From Opitutales bacterium (GTDB lineage: Bacteria > Verrucomicrobiota > Verrucomicrobiia > Opitutales > JABSRG01): a stretch of DNA of 64,000 nucleotides. The first letter of the stretch is position 1. Each line of letters starts with the position of its first letter. The notes beneath the pieces are model-generated. The model saw nothing but the letters and a program-made list of their open reading frames with translations. It made no database searches and was not told the DNA's origin. The DNA is taken from assembly GCA_051117635.1 (NCBI GenBank), contig JBNPEH010000014.1, forward strand, positions 2,786-66,785, in the 5' to 3' direction. This document shows, one piece after another, positions 16,665 through 25,418 of this stretch. The position numbers and the translations under genes were made by a program.

Positions 16665-19343
16665 TCAGTATTCTCGCGGAGATTGGCGCGGTTTCAACTC
16701 GAGGAGCGCATAGGGATCAATTTCAGCTGATTCCTCCGGGTGAAGCGCCACCCAGACACGGTCCGGGGTGAGGGGAAGCTCGGTAAACCGGTGACCCAGG
16801 GCATCCTGCAGGGCGTTGGCCAGGGCGGGCACGACGCAGTTGATGGACACTTCCCCCAGGCCGCGAGCCCCGGCCGGCCCGTAAGGGTCGTCCGTCTCGT
16901 GAAAAACGACTTCCATGTCCGGGAAATGTCCCAACTGAGGAAGTCGGTAAAAACGGAAGCCCGGATTGAGGAGCTTCCCGAAATCATCGGTCACCAGGTT
17001 TTCGGTCAACGCGTAGCCCAACCCCATCGCATTGCCCCCAACCACCTGGCCTCGGGCGGTAATCGGATTGATGATACGCCCCGCATCGATCGCCTGGACG
17101 TTTTTCAGGATGACGATCTCCCCGGTGTCCGGATCCACCGCAAGGCGCATCCCCTGCACACCGAAGCTCACCGTGACTGGTTCCGCTGAATACTCCGCCG
17201 AAGCCTCCATGGGAAAGCTGCGACCTTCCTCACGGCGCCGTTTCAGGATGGTCGCGGCCCGGCGTACCGCTTCGCCCGCATGGTAGAGCTGTGCGCTGGC
17301 GTAGGCACCCGTATCAAACGGCGTTTCATCGGTGTCGGCGGCCACGAGGGTGATACCCCGTTGAGGCAGATCCAGTACATCGGCCGCTATCTGGCACAAC
17401 GCCGTGTCGGATCCCGTCCCGATGTCCGCCGCTCCCGTCCGGATGACCGCCCGGTCGGCTCCGGGCATCGACAACGTCACCGCCGACCGGCAACTGGCCG
17501 CCGGCCCGCTGGTCAGGGCGCTCAGCGCGACGCCTTCCCCGTAACGCCAGGCGCGATGCCCTTTTGCGCGGAACCCCCGTGCTTTTTTGAGCGCCGTTTC
17601 GACGCTGCGAAAGCATTGGTCGAGCGCGTAGCTGCCGATCACGTATGGCCCGGGGAGCGCCCCGTCGACCAGAAGCGGATCCCCGTACCGAACCACGTTG
17701 TTTCGCAGGAACCTGAGGCCCGATTGGTGCGTCTTGCGGGCCAGCTCGTCGAGATGGCTCTCCACGGCGAAAACAACCTGGGTACCGCCGTAGCCGCGAA
17801 AAGCGCCCGACGGCACGTGGTTGGTATAGACGGTACGTGCCCGGAAGCGCTTGTCGCCGCATCGGTAGGGGGCCAGGGCCTCGAAAGCGCCACAATGCAG
17901 GATGTCCTGACTGTGGTTGCCATAGGCCCCGGTGTCCGCCGTGACATCGACATCCAGGGCCAACAGGTTGCCCTGATCGTCAGCGCCGGCACGTACCCGG
18001 ATGGTCATCGGGTGGCGGACGCTGGTGGCGGAAAAAACCTCCTCCCGGGAGAGCTCCCAGGCCACGGGCCGCCCGAGGTTCCAGGCCGCCAGCGCGCACA
18101 GATCCTCCGTGAATACCTCCTGTTTATTGCCGAAGCCACCGCCGACCGCGGCCTTTTTCACATGGATGGCGGATTCCGGAATACCCAGCCGCCGACTGAT
18201 GTTTCGCCGGCAGAGAAAAGGCACCTGGGTGCTCGTCAGGATATGCAGCCGGTCGTCCGCGTCGCGGGAAGCCAGGGTCACCTGCGGCTCGAGATGGGCC
18301 GTCTGGACCCGGTGTGTGCGGTAAACCGCTTCGTGGGTGACGGGGGCCCCGGCCAGAGCCGCTTCGATATCGCCGACGACCGCATGCCGCACCGCTGCAA
18401 TGTTTCGCTCCGGATCCGCGATTTGCGAGCTCTCGGATTCCCCGTGCACCGTCGGGGCGCCATCCGCCATCGCTTCCTCGGGAGTAAAGACCGGGGTCAG
18501 CGGCCGGTACTGCACATGAACGGCGCGCGCGCCGCGTTGAGCGGCTTCGCGGGTCTCGGCCACGACGAAGGCGACCCGGTCGCCGATGAAGCGAACCTTA
18601 TTGTCCAACAGGTAATGATCCAGGCAGTCGCCGACCGGATCCGGATGACAGGCGGTTGTAAAGGGGACGCGTGACACGTCCTTCCAGGTGAAGACGCGGA
18701 CCACACCGGGTATTTCCAAAGCCTCGCCATCGTCGATACTCAGGATTTCCCCGTGTGCCACGGGCGACCGGACGGCCGCCCCGAACAGGCAGTCTTCCGG
18801 GAAGAAATCGACCGTGAAGCGGGGAGCTGATTCAACGATAGCTCGGGTGTGGCGGTTGGGAACGGGCGCCCCTACGCCAGCCCGCCCGGCATCAGGGTCC
18901 GGTTCAGGCTGCCCAACCCCGGGCGCCGGTCGCAGGCGGGCCAGGGCGCCCCGGATGGCGTCGTAACCGGTACACCGGCACAGGTTGCCCTTGAACGCCT
19001 CACCCGCTTCCTTCGGGCAAGCATCAGCCTTCGCCCAATGTTCCGCCGTGGCCATGAAGCCGGCGGTGCAGTAACCGCATTGAAAGGCCTGGCACCGGGC
19101 AAAGGCATCCGGCGCGGTCTCCAACCGGTCGGGCAGGGTCAATGCCCTGCCCTCGGCGCGAAAGGCCGGTGTCACACAGGCGTGGACCGGGTGACCGTCC
19201 ATCAGGACCGTGCAGCAGCCGCAATCGCCTGTTCCGCAGCCGTATCGGGCGGCCGTCAGACCGGCGTCGCGTAAAGCCGTCAGCAGGGTCCGGGCGGGAT
19301 GGACGTCCAGCGTGACTGACTGTCCGTTAACGCTCACCGCCAT
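16665..19343 (-). CDS. Xanthine dehydrogenase/aldehyde oxidase family protein: fused [2Fe-2S] small subunit + molybdopterin-binding large subunit
   Basis: N-terminal plant-type and second 2Fe-2S cysteine motifs (GCGTGDCGCCTV; CQAFQCGYCTAGF; CRCTGY). These are followed by an aldehyde-oxidase a/b-hammerhead and Moco-binding domains (GGGFGNK, long C-terminal region). Confidence 0.85.
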   Translation of the reverse strand: MAVSVNGQSVTLDVHPARTLLTALRDAGLTAARYGCGTGDCGCCTVLMDGHPVHACVTPAFRAEGRALTLPDRLETAPDAFARCQAFQCGYCTAGFMATAEHWAKADACPKEAGEAFKGNLCRCTGYDAIRGALARLRPAPGVGQPEPDPDAGRAGVGAPVPNRHTRAIVESAPRFTVDFFPEDCLFGAAVRSPVAHGEILSIDDGEALEIPGVVRVFTWKDVSRVPFTTACHPDPVGDCLDHYLLDNKVRFIGDRVAFVVAETREAAQRGARAVHVQYRPLTPVFTPEEAMADGAPTVHGESESSQIADPERNIAAVRHAVVGDIEAALAGAPVTHEAVYRTHRVQTAHLEPQVTLASRDADDRLHILTSTQVPFLCRRNISRRLGIPESAIHVKKAAVGGGFGNKQEVFTEDLCALAAWNLGRPVAWELSREEVFSATSVRHPMTIRVRAGADDQGNLLALDVDVTADTGAYGNHSQDILHCGAFEALAPYRCGDKRFRARTVYTNHVPSGAFRGYGGTQVVFAVESHLDELARKTHQSGLRFLRNNVVRYGDPLLVDGALPGPYVIGSYALDQCFRSVETALKKARGFRAKGHRAWRYGEGVALSALTSGPAASCRSAVTLSMPGADRAVIRTGAADIGTGSDTALCQIAADVLDLPQRGITLVAADTDETPFDTGAYASAQLYHAGEAVRRAATILKRRREEGRSFPMEASAEYSAEPVTVSFGVQGMRLAVDPDTGEIVILKNVQAIDAGRIINPITARGQVVGGNAMGLGYALTENLVTDDFGKLLNPGFRFYRLPQLGHFPDMEVVFHETDDPYGPAGARGLGEVSINCVVPALANALQDALGHRFTELPLTPDRVWVALHPEESAEIDPYALLELKPRQSPREY

Positions 19344-20149
19344 GGCTGCATCACCTCCTCCGCCAGTTGACGCGACCGCGCACGCCGGTAAACCGCCGGT
19401 GAGAGCGGATCTTCAATCCAGAGATCGTCCGGAATGGCCCGATCCAGGGCGGCGACCAGCGGGGCCTTGCCGGTCGGTACTGTTTCCCACTCCAGGAGGA
19501 TCGGGGCCGCAACCGAAGCCGCTATCACCAGACGGATATTTCCCGAAGCCAGACGCGTGCTGGCGGCCAGAGCGACCGGCGGGCCGTATCCGCCATAGCC
19601 GACAGCGCGGAAGTGGACGGGAGCGTACAAGGATTCCGCCTCCAGCCGGATCGAACGCAGGAGATCGCCCTGTTTCAGACGGGTTGTCCGCTTGCCGGTC
19701 TGAAAGCCGCGGGCCGGCCAGCTAACGGTGGTTCCGTCGGGTCGCCAGACGGTGTAGGTTGCATTCAGCAGGACCATCAGGGGGGCCAGGGTCCCGATAG
19801 GCAAAGCCAGGCAGAGGTTGCCGCCCACGGTGGCGGCGTGCGTCACCTTATAGGAGGCGCTCAGGGCGCGGGTCGCCGCTTCAAAGGCGGCGCAGGCCGG
19901 CCATGCCGCCGGCCAGGCTTCCGCCAGCAGGCGACTCAAGGTGCAGGTGGCTCCGAGGGTGACCCCGGCCTCGGATCGCTCCAGATCGGGCCAACCCAGG
20001 CTGTGGAGGTCAACCAGATGCCGCACCCCCGGCTGCGCTTCGCTATACAGCCAGGTGCCCCCCGCCACGAAGCGGGTATCCCGCCGGGGAAAAGGCAGAT
20101 CCTCGCGGGTCTTCGGTCGGAGACAGCTTTCGATTTCGGGAAGGTCCAT
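19334..20149 (-). CDS. FAD-binding subunit of the xanthine dehydrogenase-family enzyme (CoxM/FAD_binding_5-like)
   Basis: FVAGGTWL and ATVGGNL motifs typical of the molybdopterin-dehydrogenase FAD-binding domain. Overlaps the downstream subunit by 10 nt. Confidence 0.8.
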   Translation of the reverse strand: MDLPEIESCLRPKTREDLPFPRRDTRFVAGGTWLYSEAQPGVRHLVDLHSLGWPDLERSEAGVTLGATCTLSRLLAEAWPAAWPACAAFEAATRALSASYKVTHAATVGGNLCLALPIGTLAPLMVLLNATYTVWRPDGTTVSWPARGFQTGKRTTRLKQGDLLRSIRLEAESLYAPVHFRAVGYGGYGPPVALAASTRLASGNIRLVIAASVAAPILLEWETVPTGKAPLVAALDRAIPDDLWIEDPLSPAVYRRARSRQLAEEVMQPWR

Positions 20150-20269
20150 TGGGCGCGCAGCCTAGCCATCCTTTATCGAGACTCAAGGCGCCGCCTGTGT
20201 GGGCTGTCCGGTCCCGGCGCTCACTTCAAATCGCCCGCACCCCTCCCAGGTATTCGTGCTGTATCGCTA

Positions 20270-20667
20270 GCCCGAACTTCTCACCAGAATCGGGAAACAG
20301 TGCGGTAAATAATACTGAACGAGGGATTTGCAGCATTTCTTCGAAATGCACGTTTGTGGTGTTGCCCTGTTTCCCGATTCTTTTCGCCCCACATGCGCGA
20401 TCTGCGGCGTGTTATGCTCGCTTCGCTCGTTGAGGTGTCGCCCTGCGGGCTCGGTAGTCGGGCTGGAAACCGCCTGGTTACGCACCTCAGTGCGCGCCCA
20501 GCCGGTTTCGCCCTCCCGCCGTCATGCCGCTCAGCGGCATTATGGCGGACACGCCGCCTTCCGCCGTCGTCCCGCTTAGCGGGACTTCCTCCTACGCCAA
20601 GGCTACGGCGGACATGATGGCGGACAGGGGCAGCTCATCACATCTGGGCTTCATGAGAAGTCCGGGC
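20270..20667. repeat. Copy A of a ~400-bp hairpin-rich repeat with terminal inverted repeats (MITE-like or structured RNA)
   Basis: Ends gcccgaacttctca (20270-20283) and tgagaagtccgggc (20654-20667) are inverted. The interior aligns along its whole length with 62740-63142, by eye roughly 85-90 percent identical. No conserved reading frame. Confidence 0.75.
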
Positions 20668-20835
20668 CAGGGCAGGGGATGGCCCCGGGGCAGAAGCGGT
20701 TCGCCTGGTCGGTTGCCTGTGCGAATGGGCGATCTGCGCCACTAGAGCATTGCCAAACCGGGAGGCGTAAGGCCTTGTGGCCGCCGCAGCGGGTCTGCAA
20801 AGTGGCTGCCATTCCCATTTGGGCTCAACTGATTC

Positions 20836-23800
20836 ATGGCCTTTCCAACCGCTTCATCCGAAACGCTCAGTCTGGAGAAGAAACGCCGGCTGTTCCGGCT
20901 GATGTTGACCAGTCGCCAGGGCGACCTGCGGGAGCAACGGCTGCTCCGGCAGGGCCAGGGCTGGTTTCATATCGCCGGGATGGGTCATGAGGGCATGGCC
21001 GTTCTCGGTGCGCTCCTCCGCGAGTCGGATTACGCCTTTCCCTATTATCGGGATCGGGCGCTGGCTCTGGCCAAAGGCATCACCACCGAGGATTTTGCGC
21101 GCGCATTCCTGGCCAAGCGCACCAGTTCCAGCGGGGGTCGGCAATTGACCGGCCACTTTTCCAGCCACATGCATCGGATTTTCAGCCACGCCTCACCCGT
21201 CGGGGCCCATGCCCTGCCCGCTGTCGGCTTTGGCTGGGGCATTCAATTGGACGGGCGGGACGACGTCGTTCTGTTGAGCCTCGGTGAGGCGGCCACCCGG
21301 CAGGGTGAATTCTACGAAGCGGTCTGTTTTGCCCAGGAGCACCGGCTGCCGGTCATCTTTGTCGTCGAGGACAACGGCCTGGCCATTTCCACCCATACCG
21401 AGGCCGGCACGCCGCGGACCCTCCAGCTGTTGGGCAACGACCGGTGGGTGGACGTGGACGGCCTCGATGTGGACGCGCTCCAGGCAGCCGGAAGTCGGGC
21501 GATTGAACGAGCGCGCGGCGGCGAGGGCCCGGGATACCTGTGGGTCCGCACCGCCCGGTTGCACAATCACAGCAGCACCGACGACCAGCGGCTTTATTTG
21601 ACCGAGCAGGAACAGGCTGCGTTGGAGGACCGCGATCCTGTCGCCCGTCTCCGTTCCGATCTCCTGGCTGCGGGTGAGGTGGATCGGGAGACCCTCGAGG
21701 CGGAGGAGGCCGACATCGCTGCGGAAATCCGTTCCATCTACGAACAGGTCGCCAGGGAAGAAGATCCGAAGGCGGAGGAACTCGTCCTGCACCTGGAAGG
21801 AGCGGCCCCCGAGCGAACCGGTCAGGAGGATGGTCCCGAGCTGCCCGATCCCTGCCGACTGGTGGACGCGGTCAATCTGACTTTCCGGCATGCGCTCGAA
21901 TCCCGTGAGGACGTCGTCTTCTTTGGCGAAGACATCGAGGACCCGAAGGGTGGGGTGTTCAACCTGACTAAGGGGCTCTCGTCCGATTTCCCCAAACGGG
22001 TGGTCAATGCGCCTGTCGCTGAGGCGACAATCTGCGGACTGGCCGTGGGTCTCGCCGCTTACGGTAAACGGCCCGTTTTCGAGCTTCAGTTCGTGGACTT
22101 CATCCACCCGGGCTGGAACCAGCTTTTCAACAACATGGCCAACCTCCGCTGGCGCACCTTCGGGGACTGGCGGTGCCCGGCCATTCTCTATGCCCCCTGC
22201 GGCGCCTACCTGCCGGGCGGAGCCATCTGGCACAGCCAGTCCGGAGAAAGTGCGCTGGCTCAGATTCCGGGCCTGCGGGTGCGGATGCCTTCCCGCCCGC
22301 ACGAGGCTCGCGAGGCCTTTCAGGAAGCTCTGGCCAGTGACGATCCGACCATCGTTCTCCTCCCCAAGCACCAGTTCTGGACCCGCCAGGCCGCGACACC
22401 GTCCGGGCGATCCGCCGGTATCCTGAGGGCGGTGCGTCGCCATACCGGCAACAGCCTGACGGTCGTCTCCTGGGGTAATCCGCTGGAGATCATCGATCAG
22501 GTCCTGGCCGACCGGGAGGACCTCTCCGGCGCCTTGGATGTCTATGACCTGGTTTCCCTCGCTCCCTGGGACCGCGAAACCGTGGCCGACTCGGTTCGCC
22601 GGACGGGCCGCCTGCTGGTTGTGCAGGAGGACACGCCGGCCTGCTCGATCGGTCAGCGGATCATCGCCGAACTGACCGGCGACCGCGCGGTGTTTGCCGC
22701 CCTGGTCGCCCCGCCGCGCCTGATCGCACGAGCCCCTGTTCCGATCGGCTTCAATCCCATTTACGAGTACGCCGCGCTCCCCGACCGTCCGGGTATCCAG
22801 GCTGCTGTCGACGCGTTGCTAGCCTGGTCGACCCCCGCTACCAACCGCCCGGTGGTTCCCCCCGCTTCCGCCGCTTCCGCCCCATCATCCCTGCCCATGA
22901 CTGATCAACCGCCGTCGCCGGCCGCCTCTTCCGGTCGCAAACAGATTAAGGTGCCCATCCTCGGCGAGGGTATTCGTGAAGCCCGGCTGGTCGCCTTGCT
23001 GAAGGAACCCGGCGAAGCCGTGGAGCCGGATGAAGCGGTTTGCGAAATCGAGACCGACAAGGCGGTCTTCCCCGTGGAAAGTCCCTGCGCGGGCACCTGG
23101 GAGGTCTGGGCCGTGGACGAGGGGGCCACCGTCAGCGTCGGGGATACCCTCGGTTCCCTTGTCCCGGATGATCCCGAACTGGCCGACGCCGAGCGTCCGT
23201 CTTCTTCCACGGCGGGGGTTGCGTCTGAGGATTCGGAGGGGGAGGGGGACGCCAACGAGGTGGCCCTGCGGCAGGCGCCCGGGCTCCCGGAAGGCGTTCT
23301 CCGGCAACTGCCCGGAATCGTGCCCGCGACCATCACCATTCAAGCTGCCTGGTCTGCCATCAAGGAAGCGCGCCGTGCGGCGAAGGAAGAGGCCGGTTCC
23401 ACCGGTGAAGCCCCGAGCCCCTCGCTGATGGTCGCCTGGTCAGTCACCCGGGCGATGCGCCAGCACCCTGTCTTTGCCTCGATCGTCAAGGGCCGGCAAC
23501 TCCTCTTCGATCCCGACGGCTTCGACCTCGGGGTGGCGGTCGCCCTGGATAACGACGCCCTGGAAACAGCCGCCGTCCGCAAAGCCGGTACCCTGGACTG
23601 GCCCCGGTTCCAGGAGGCCTACCGGGCTGCCGTCCGTGCGGTCCGGGCCGGCGAGGTAGCGTCCAAAGCCCGCGTTTCCCTGCAGCTTTCGTCTCTGGGC
23701 ACCTTTCCCGTCATTCATGCCGTTCCCATCGTCGTGCCTCCGGCCGTGGCGACCCTCTTTGTCGGTAATGCCCGGCTGAGGCCGCGTGAATCGAACGACG

Positions 23801-23961
23801 GTGTGCTGCATGAACCCGTGGTCGACCTCGTCCTGACCTTTGACCACCGCTGGGTTAACGGGGTGGGTGCCGCCGCTTTCCTCAACGATATCCGGCGGCG
23901 GATGGAGGAATTCGATCTCCAACATCCGGAGAAGGAACCCTCCGACAGCGGCCGGGCATGA
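20836..23961 (+). CDS. 2-oxoacid dehydrogenase E1alpha-E1beta-lipoyl-E2 fusion protein (single 1041-aa polypeptide)
   Basis: - aa 1 to ~330: E1 alpha TPP-binding region (SLGEAATRQGEFYEAVCFAQEHRLPVIFVVEDNGLAIS).
- aa ~345-680: E1 beta (VVFFGEDIEDPKGGVFNLTKGL, VVNAPVAEATICGLAVGLA).
- aa ~700-775: lipoyl domain with the CEIETDKAVFPVESP lipoyl-lysine motif.
- aa ~800-1041: acyltransferase catalytic domain with LTFDHRWVNGVGAAAFL. Confidence 0.85.
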   Translation: MAFPTASSETLSLEKKRRLFRLMLTSRQGDLREQRLLRQGQGWFHIAGMGHEGMAVLGALLRESDYAFPYYRDRALALAKGITTEDFARAFLAKRTSSSGGRQLTGHFSSHMHRIFSHASPVGAHALPAVGFGWGIQLDGRDDVVLLSLGEAATRQGEFYEAVCFAQEHRLPVIFVVEDNGLAISTHTEAGTPRTLQLLGNDRWVDVDGLDVDALQAAGSRAIERARGGEGPGYLWVRTARLHNHSSTDDQRLYLTEQEQAALEDRDPVARLRSDLLAAGEVDRETLEAEEADIAAEIRSIYEQVAREEDPKAEELVLHLEGAAPERTGQEDGPELPDPCRLVDAVNLTFRHALESREDVVFFGEDIEDPKGGVFNLTKGLSSDFPKRVVNAPVAEATICGLAVGLAAYGKRPVFELQFVDFIHPGWNQLFNNMANLRWRTFGDWRCPAILYAPCGAYLPGGAIWHSQSGESALAQIPGLRVRMPSRPHEAREAFQEALASDDPTIVLLPKHQFWTRQAATPSGRSAGILRAVRRHTGNSLTVVSWGNPLEIIDQVLADREDLSGALDVYDLVSLAPWDRETVADSVRRTGRLLVVQEDTPACSIGQRIIAELTGDRAVFAALVAPPRLIARAPVPIGFNPIYEYAALPDRPGIQAAVDALLAWSTPATNRPVVPPASAASAPSSLPMTDQPPSPAASSGRKQIKVPILGEGIREARLVALLKEPGEAVEPDEAVCEIETDKAVFPVESPCAGTWEVWAVDEGATVSVGDTLGSLVPDDPELADAERPSSSTAGVASEDSEGEGDANEVALRQAPGLPEGVLRQLPGIVPATITIQAAWSAIKEARRAAKEEAGSTGEAPSPSLMVAWSVTRAMRQHPVFASIVKGRQLLFDPDGFDLGVAVALDNDALETAAVRKAGTLDWPRFQEAYRAAVRAVRAGEVASKARVSLQLSSLGTFPVIHAVPIVVPPAVATLFVGNARLRPRESNDGVLHEPVVDLVLTFDHRWVNGVGAAAFLNDIRRRMEEFDLQHPEKEPSDSGRA

Positions 23962-24084
23962 ACCCGGCCATTTGATTTTACCCGGCCGGGGAACGGTATT
24001 CAGCTCGGCTTCGCGGTACGGATTATACCGATTTCAGCAAAGCGGTCCTGACCGTCAGCCATCCAGCCGCTGCGGCAAGAGGCT

Positions 24085-24678
24085 TCAGGCCCGCGCCGGG
24101 CTTTGTTGACCGACGGCCAGGAGCCAGGAAGCCGCCTGGATTTTGGCCGGTCGCCGCCGATGGCTCTGATCATCCGCCGTCACCGGGGCCAGAGGAAACG
24201 GCACCGGTGTCGGCGCGGGTCCGCTGATTTCCGGGCAGGCTGCCCGGAAGGTTTGCGAGTCCACCCAGCCGATATCCGCCCAGCGGCGGGCAGACGCCTC
24301 GAACTGGCGCCGCGCTTCCGGCGCCACCAGGTTCAGGGGTTCGTGCGTGGCCAGGTAGGAAAGCCCGGCATTGCTTAACAGCGCGGTCAGGATGATGCGG
24401 AAGCCGAACAGCGCGGAGCTGCCATCCGTGACGACGATGGAAAGACGCTCCTGCGTGAAGTTGGAAAAATGCCGGTGCAGGTGGTGGCGCGTGCCCGTCG
24501 AGTCGATGCCGTCGAGATAATGTTCCCCTACCCGGACACCGTCTCCGGATGCCGATCCGTCGGTGTTGGCCCACGTCACGGTCCCGTGGATGCCGATCGA
24601 GTAGATCGCGACCGACGCGGTGCGGTGTTGAGTGTGGCGTTTCGTCCTGACCATGCCTACAAGCTCAAGGCTCGGCAC
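24085..24678 (-). CDS. Hypothetical protein
   Basis: 197-aa ORF (alternative start MVRTK at 24654), divergent from the response regulator gene. No recognisable motif. Confidence 0.45.
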   Translation of the reverse strand: MPSLELVGMVRTKRHTQHRTASVAIYSIGIHGTVTWANTDGSASGDGVRVGEHYLDGIDSTGTRHHLHRHFSNFTQERLSIVVTDGSSALFGFRIILTALLSNAGLSYLATHEPLNLVAPEARRQFEASARRWADIGWVDSQTFRAACPEISGPAPTPVPFPLAPVTADDQSHRRRPAKIQAASWLLAVGQQSPARA

Positions 24679-24734
24679 AGGCTTGCCAAAATTTCGTTTT
24701 ACAAAAAATTTGGTAATGATACCGGCTTAGGCAC

Positions 24735-25418
24735 GTGGCTACCCCTCAACAAACCGCTGTCGTTGTCGAGGATGAGCGCCTTTTCCGCTGTGTCCTGGAA
24801 AACGTCCTCAGCAATGAGCTCGGCCTGACCGTATACAGCGCTGCCGACGGCGACACGGCGCTGACGCTTTGCCGGGAGCATCAGCCCGACCTCGTCGTCC
24901 TCGACCTCGGCATTCCGGCCCGCAACGGTCTGGCCGTTGCCGAGATTTTGCTGAAGGAACGTCCCCGGCTCCGCATCATCGCCGTGAGCAGCCGTTCGGA
25001 CACCTATACGATGTACTGGGTGAATAAATTCGGCCTGCGCGGTTTCGTGGACAAGCGGGCTGAGACGCCGGAGAACCTCGAGCAGGCTTTCCGGCAGGTC
25101 CTGCGGGGGGAAACCTATTACTCGGATGTCGTCAGGACCCGGCACGACCTGCTGGTTCGCGATGATTATGCCTTCAGCAAAATTCTCAGCGAGCGGGAAC
25201 AGGAACTCCTTCACTATTTCGGGCTGGGTATGTCCAACGAGGAAGTGGCGGAATTCGCCCGGATCGGCGAAAAGACTGCCCAGACCCACCGCTACAACAT
25301 CATGCGGAAACTGAAGCTGCACAGCACGCCCGAGCTGCTCCGCTATGCCACCCAAAACGGCTTCGACCTCTACGACCCGCGGGATCGGGTGGAGCCGGAG
25401 GGCTCACACGGCGGGTGA
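24735..25418 (+). CDS. Response regulator, NarL/FixJ (LuxR HTH) family
   Basis: Receiver domain (VVVEDERL..., DLVVLDLGIP phospho-Asp region) plus C-terminal LuxR HTH (LSEREQELLHYFGLGMSNEEVAEFARIGEKTAQTHRYNIMRKL). GTG start. Confidence 0.85.
   Translation: MATPQQTAVVVEDERLFRCVLENVLSNELGLTVYSAADGDTALTLCREHQPDLVVLDLGIPARNGLAVAEILLKERPRLRIIAVSSRSDTYTMYWVNKFGLRGFVDKRAETPENLEQAFRQVLRGETYYSDVVRTRHDLLVRDDYAFSKILSEREQELLHYFGLGMSNEEVAEFARIGEKTAQTHRYNIMRKLKLHSTPELLRYATQNGFDLYDPRDRVEPEGSHGG

Noticed and set aside
20267-20485. Possible conserved small protein: the minus-strand ORFs 20267..20485 and 62757..62960 both start MRNQAVSSPT.EPAGRHLNERS.
   Set aside because: After about 30 codons the two translations diverge completely because of indels between the DNA copies. 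Conservation is therefore at the nucleotide/structure level, not the protein level.
20654-20700. RNase P RNA-like string GAGAAGTCCGGGCCAGGGCAGGG (compare GGAAAGUCCGGGCUCCAUAGGGCAGGG of bacterial RNase P RNA).
   Set aside because: The match is produced by the terminal inverted repeat of the repeat element. Copy B lacks the GGGCAGGG continuation. I found no ACAGAACCCGGCUUA-type P4 partner or other universal RNase P blocks, and two copies within 43 kb would be implausible.
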